This document shows positions 60,801 through 64,000 of a stretch of DNA of 64,000 nucleotides, one piece after another; position 1 is the first letter of the stretch, and every line of letters starts with the position of its first letter. Under the pieces are notes generated by a model. It was given only the letters and a program-made list of their open reading frames with translations. It was not told where the DNA came from and ran no database searches. The stretch comes from Promethearchaeota archaeon (lineage in GTDB: Archaea > Asgardarchaeota > Lokiarchaeia > Sigyniarchaeales > SOKP01): assembly GCA_030599585.1 (NCBI GenBank), contig JAUVNS010000018.1, forward strand, positions 1 through 64,000, written 5' to 3'. A program made the translations under genes and the position numbers.

Positions 60801-61990
60801 AGCGTTTGAACCGAACCAATAGTAATAATTCCAGTGCTCAAATCGACATCAAATTCTCCATTTTCTAAAGTGACCAGATGGGAGTTAGCGGTTTGCGTAC
60901 CAGCCCCGAATGTATTGGGCGTCACGCTCCAAACCACGTAGGCGTCGATCGATACGATATCCGCTTGGAGGTTTGATTCCGTGTCAAATAGCTGGATTTC
61001 GATGGAAGTAATTTCTTCGGGATTTTCAATTTCCATTATCTTGTAAATAGAACCGTATTGGTCCGCTGCCGAGGAGTCGTCCGATACAAAAACGGGATAC
61101 TCGGTGTAAAATTCAGGAGCGGGGATTCCGCCCATGGAATCGATAAAGCTATACCTTGGAGCAAACCTATCGCGTTCGGAGTCGTAGTCTATTGTAGGGA
61201 TGATGGTGTCGAGGTATGTGTCTCTGTTATCTGCCGTATCTTCTTGGATCTGGTTCTCTATGTAATACACGGAACTCTTTGCGTGGTTAAATTCGGGAAT
61301 TCCAATATTGTCCACAAGCGGGTTAATTGCTCCAGTCGATTGGAGGTATCCTACAACGAGATAGTCGTCAAAATCGGAGTATCCCGCCAAGTTCCGAGTG
61401 GATAGCCAATAATCTAATTTTGGATACGAGTAAGATGTTGTAAGCGAGGACGCTTTAGATTCTTCGAAATTAAACTCTCGAACGATAATATCGGCGCTAT
61501 AGGAAAATTCTTTTGTGTCTCCATACACGGGGGCGTACACTCCACCAAACGAACCAAATATAGTTATTGGCATAACATCTCCGTACATGTCGTCGAACCA
61601 GAACTTATCTCCTAACACTTTCTCGCCAGAAGAACCGTCTAAGCGGAAAGTTCGGTGAGCAAAGTAATTCTCTTGTTCTAGAATTTTTGCTGTTTGGAAA
61701 AGAATTGACACTCCAAGATATCCTAACATAAAACCGAATGGTCCTTTATCTAAGAGAGCAGAGCCCAACAATCCTGCTGTTGTCGCAAGGAATTGTTGGA
61801 ATACGTCTAACACTAGAGTACCTAAATCGGTCTGCTCTTCGAACTGATTTGTCGCCATCTCTTCTGCCATCTCGATCAGATCGCTGCTTTCTTGCGTAAA
61901 CACCATTTTACTTATGTCAAAAAGCACGTCGCTAAAGGTAGGCTCGTTAAACGTTCCCACTTCTTTATCAGTTTCTCTAAAGTGAATGTC
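57896..61990 (-). CDS. 5'-truncated giant-protein homolog: conserved stalk, hydrophobic hairpins, Zn ribbon and GIY-YIG nuclease tip
   Basis: N-terminal ~770 aa align by eye with the giant protein stalk. Tip has RYIYRIY...LMYVGETGR...RYEEH...FRFEIL...AEIAWI...GANIHMGG. Frame is open past the GTG at 61960 up to 61990. Confidence 0.8.
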   Translation of the reverse strand, partial: DIHFRETDKEVGTFNEPTFSDVLFDISKMVFTQESSDLIEMAEEMATNQFEEQTDLGTLVLDVFQQFLATTAGLLGSALLDKGPFGFMLGYLGVSILFQTAKILEQENYFAHRTFRLDGSSGEKVLGDKFWFDDMYGDVMPITIFGSFGGVYAPVYGDTKEFSYSADIIVREFNFEESKASSLTTSYSYPKLDYWLSTRNLAGYSDFDDYLVVGYLQSTGAINPLVDNIGIPEFNHAKSSVYYIENQIQEDTADNRDTYLDTIIPTIDYDSERDRFAPRYSFIDSMGGIPAPEFYTEYPVFVSDDSSAADQYGSIYKIMEIENPEEITSIEIQLFDTESNLQADIVSIDAYVVWSVTPNTFGAGTQTANSHLVTLENGEFDVDLSTGIITIGSVQTLSTILNSYATKEEELDEDKLTYSVSQPKILFEIKVEKYRSISDVRDLTSEQVNKIATAQAIEAAILEYNYQFNLATQTQMGFHELIYTAIVTAISTALTMGFSAGMGSIVNSLKDSASEVSSKVLGRLLETFLGAAKSFSVATVIGAVTKEMGQELLLDPWIESTVSGLVRRAGGDAIMQMVLSSIAESGREAISGPLSTMFSSEQTQQQSLSEILDTNYFSKDKRPTIQEFINEFNDYSSNFDSQQTAKESQMAILRGANKILSFVSLATGFAASFLLGPFGALAFTTIATYCLTEDISVKKVFSKIFNPVKVAISGIAGKVGDGIQNTKEFIVKNLGIGVGIATFGTMTTFLTLSLGPLGFFCGLTFSGLSMFGMVRTKPSSLLKQPSKRVSHYYAEIGACRYDNKEHKQFVRHNFEFEGKTKSLVRLINDKDTIRYKCKHCGHIIDHNLENTILLKKMKAIRNLHEDYSAGTRYIYRIYWNKYNKKLTDTQGSDFIPFPDLMYVGETGRVSPILRYEEHLERAFTNPRSYIEQLISEYTENIEEAKKVFRFEILQVITFQGDMNEINRIVDSVERKEALRIAEARTRELADFAEIAWIGLFHSQYQEFGANIHMGGRIGSKSGTIIPFIDLHNNFKKIACLAFGKQLYIELVQESFKSKFSRTLLDRNLEEQYPEQKTFKKILRGYQKELIYNYFEKGYQLYEIVRILDLSAKKIDPGLSGINKKLVSQLLKEKVEEEFEIDIPLAHIGDYRGLVIKARVERFISSINHRVHNRDLLPILPGFTDVKTLTKFNVRQGISLNELNDRYYPDSIYWGRAVDILRKEGYSITCYDFLIKLGFGEEYSDLSLRRDYSGVIKTRFRGLTFTELKDLIIENILPTRFEEDRETFKALVSSRPDKHYYLTLALSLIRSSPYEYNAYSLLVALGGLGYSESTIKKLSDKCLLRTLGYNFNRLRALALSNNLNL

Positions 61991-63092
61991 TTATGAAGAT
62001 CGTTTTCGGTTTTTGATCCCAATGTATTTCGGTAAGAATACCGATGGTTTTATTCTCCTTCTTGATATATCAATGATACCTGCTTACAAAAAGGCAATTT
62101 ATTGGTTGTCTATAATTAAGAAAAAAAATATAAACAAACCTGTTTTACTAATATTATTTTCGTTAAATGAAGAAAATGTCCACTCTCATTTACTAAATGA
62201 ATTAAGCCGTGAACAAAATGTAATACTTATTAAAAATCCAATAAAAACTGAATTAGATATTCTTAATATTTTAAAATATCTTTCTTGTATAATATTTGAC
62301 TTCCAAATTCCTGATTCTATTCTTGCCAGACTTGACATAATATCAGATAATTATACAAATAAAGCTTTTAAAATCTCTAATGAAGAAGTAACTCAATTAG
62401 AAGAAGGACCTATATCTATGACAAATTTCCATTTTATTTACAAAGAACTCTTAACTAACATTAAAGAAATAATTCAAGAGCCAACTGTTAATAAACTCCT
62501 GCCTCAATTTGAGCAATTAGAACAGCATATTGAAAAACAAGAAATGCGAGTCAATTCTATGAAAGGTAAATTACTAGAAATGAATGTACGCTTACTCTAT
62601 GAGAGAGAATATGGTTACGAAATGGATTTTACTGGAAAAAATTTTATGTGCGAAGAGAATGAAATTGAAGTTCTATACGATAACAAATGTATAAAAAAAC
62701 ATAGCACAAAAGATATAGAAATTGATGTATTTGGAAAAAAAATCAAAAATGTAAATGATCTCACATACTTAATTGGGGAATGTAAAGATAGAAGAAAAAA
62801 AATTACTTTGAAAGAAATAAAATGCTTTATTATTAAAGCGGTTATTATCGCTAAGTTCTATTTATATACTCATAGCAGAGAGAAGATGTCTATACCAAAA
62901 TTTCATTTATTAATCGTTTCTTACCATGGATTTCCTGAAAAAACAATAATATATGAAATACTTAACAAATATTGGAAGCCTAATCTATCGAAAAAGCGGT
63001 TAATTAATGAAAATATTGACCTACTAGAAGAAAAGAAATTTATTCATTTACTGAAAAAAAATAATATTTCTATTAAAGAATATAGTAATTAG
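61986..63092 (+). CDS. N-truncated Rab/Ras-like GTPase fragment fused to a PD-(D/E)xK nuclease domain
   Basis: Starts at switch II (EDRFRFLIPMY...DGFILLLDI...W...PVLLI) with no P-loop; C-terminal GKLLE...EIDVFG...IGECK. Confidence 0.7.
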   Translation: MSYEDRFRFLIPMYFGKNTDGFILLLDISMIPAYKKAIYWLSIIKKKNINKPVLLILFSLNEENVHSHLLNELSREQNVILIKNPIKTELDILNILKYLSCIIFDFQIPDSILARLDIISDNYTNKAFKISNEEVTQLEEGPISMTNFHFIYKELLTNIKEIIQEPTVNKLLPQFEQLEQHIEKQEMRVNSMKGKLLEMNVRLLYEREYGYEMDFTGKNFMCEENEIEVLYDNKCIKKHSTKDIEIDVFGKKIKNVNDLTYLIGECKDRRKKITLKEIKCFIIKAVIIAKFYLYTHSREKMSIPKFHLLIVSYHGFPEKTIIYEILNKYWKPNLSKKRLINENIDLLEEKKFIHLLKKNNISIKEYSN

Positions 63093-63479
63093 TTTTGTTT
63101 ATAAAAACCTTTTAATACTAATTCTTTGAATAAATACAAAGCTTTGGCGTAAGACTAATTTGGGAAAGTGAAAAGGTTTTTATAGATGTAAATAAGATAG
63201 TTTGTAAGGAAAGATAAAAATAGTAATAAAATTTCGTCTGGTTCTGGAAAGATTTGATCAGACTGAACAAATATAAGAAATAAAATAGGATGTATATCAA
63301 CCATGACTTCTGCCCCGCCCTGGATTTTTGTCTTTTGGTAGTGTGTAATACACACTCATTTCGCCCTCCTCCCCCTATTTTATTTCTGACCTTCTTATTA
63401 GGTCTTGGTGGCAGGAGTCGTTCTATTAAGTAAATAATATGGTTAACTATACTGGAATTAATTTGGTTAGAGAATAAAT

Positions 63480-63908
63480 ATGTCGATGTATGACTTGCGA
63501 ACTATTAAAAAAACAATTAAAGAATATACGGGGGAAGATGAAGATAAATCTTATACCCCGTTTCATAAACTACAATTTGAGCTAACGAGAAAAGAATTTA
63601 TGAGTTTATTTCCCTTTGAAATAGCAATTTTACACGATATTGAAGTGCTTATAAGCGAAGCTAGCGATGAAAATTACCACTTTCATGTATTTTTCCCAAA
63701 GTCCTCGACTCGAGACTTTAGAAATGATAATAAACTGTGGTTCGTTATAAAGCGTAATAAAATAACGGGGGTGGTATTTAACGGGTGTAGCTATATAAAA
63801 AAAGAAGTTTGGGTTAAAGTTTTTAAAAAACTATGGAAATTAAAACACTTGGAGAAAGCTCTCTTTCACGATGTTGAAAAAAGAGACTTCCAAACAGTAC
63901 TATTTTGA
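63480..63908 (+). CDS. Hypothetical protein resembling the pre-LRR cap and first repeat of Loki LRR proteins
   Basis: EIAILHDIEVL...NKITGVVFNGC...LWKLKHLEK resembles EVLILNKLQIL...NKLIGLELRHC...ITRLTSLRK of 51081..52154. Confidence 0.55.
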   Translation: MSMYDLRTIKKTIKEYTGEDEDKSYTPFHKLQFELTRKEFMSLFPFEIAILHDIEVLISEASDENYHFHVFFPKSSTRDFRNDNKLWFVIKRNKITGVVFNGCSYIKKEVWVKVFKKLWKLKHLEKALFHDVEKRDFQTVLF

Positions 63909-64000
63909 GAGATTGGAAAACATTTTTGCTTTATACTCCTTTTCTTGGAAAAGATTTTGCGAACGTTAACAACTCCCTAATTCCAAAGCTAAATAGGTTG

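Noticed and set aside
51097-61405. Plus-strand ORFs opposite the LRR, JAMM and stalk/nuclease genes
   Set aside because: Antisense shadows without recognisable features.
63118-63380. Overlapping minus-strand ORFs 63118..63300 and 63155..63355, plus a 20-codon ORF after a GGAGG motif
   Set aside because: Low-complexity AT-rich translations in conflicting frames; none can be supported.

Overview
AT-rich archaeal DNA, most consistent with an Asgard archaeon of the Lokiarchaeia type. Supporting signs are Loki-type 'EFWxHCSNLQAW' LRR-family proteins, an IPGF-TM-basic C-terminal sorting signal, Rpn11/CSN5-like JAMM proteins, a Rab-like GTPase fragment and GGTG/GAGGTGA ribosome-binding sites. Positions 1 to ~52,200 look like a CpG-rich integrated mobile element whose left end lies outside the window. 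It carries an AEP primase-polymerase, an RNase H-fold exonuclease, ParB, a split ParB paralog, small DNA-binding regulators, a degenerate 20-bp repeat array, a surface glycoprotein and one uninterrupted 41.7-kb gene for a 13,902-aa protein. That protein has a basic N-terminus, about 7 TM helices, a ~10,600-aa acidic beta-rich ectodomain with nested modules, a Gly/Ala hydrophobic stalk and a ~1,570-aa tip of unknown function. A short CpG-poor, host-like island follows (wHTH, two tandem JAMM+coiled-coil genes, a zinc-ribbon protein). Beyond it, in the opposite orientation, is a 5'-truncated gene with a homologous stalk but a different tip, a GIY-YIG nuclease, and a CpG drop at the stalk/tip junction. 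The best candidate for a new system is a family of giant membrane-anchored proteins with interchangeable C-terminal effectors (polymorphic-toxin-like) on Asgard mobile elements. All domain calls are by-eye motif recognition and all counts are approximate hand counts; no searches were run.
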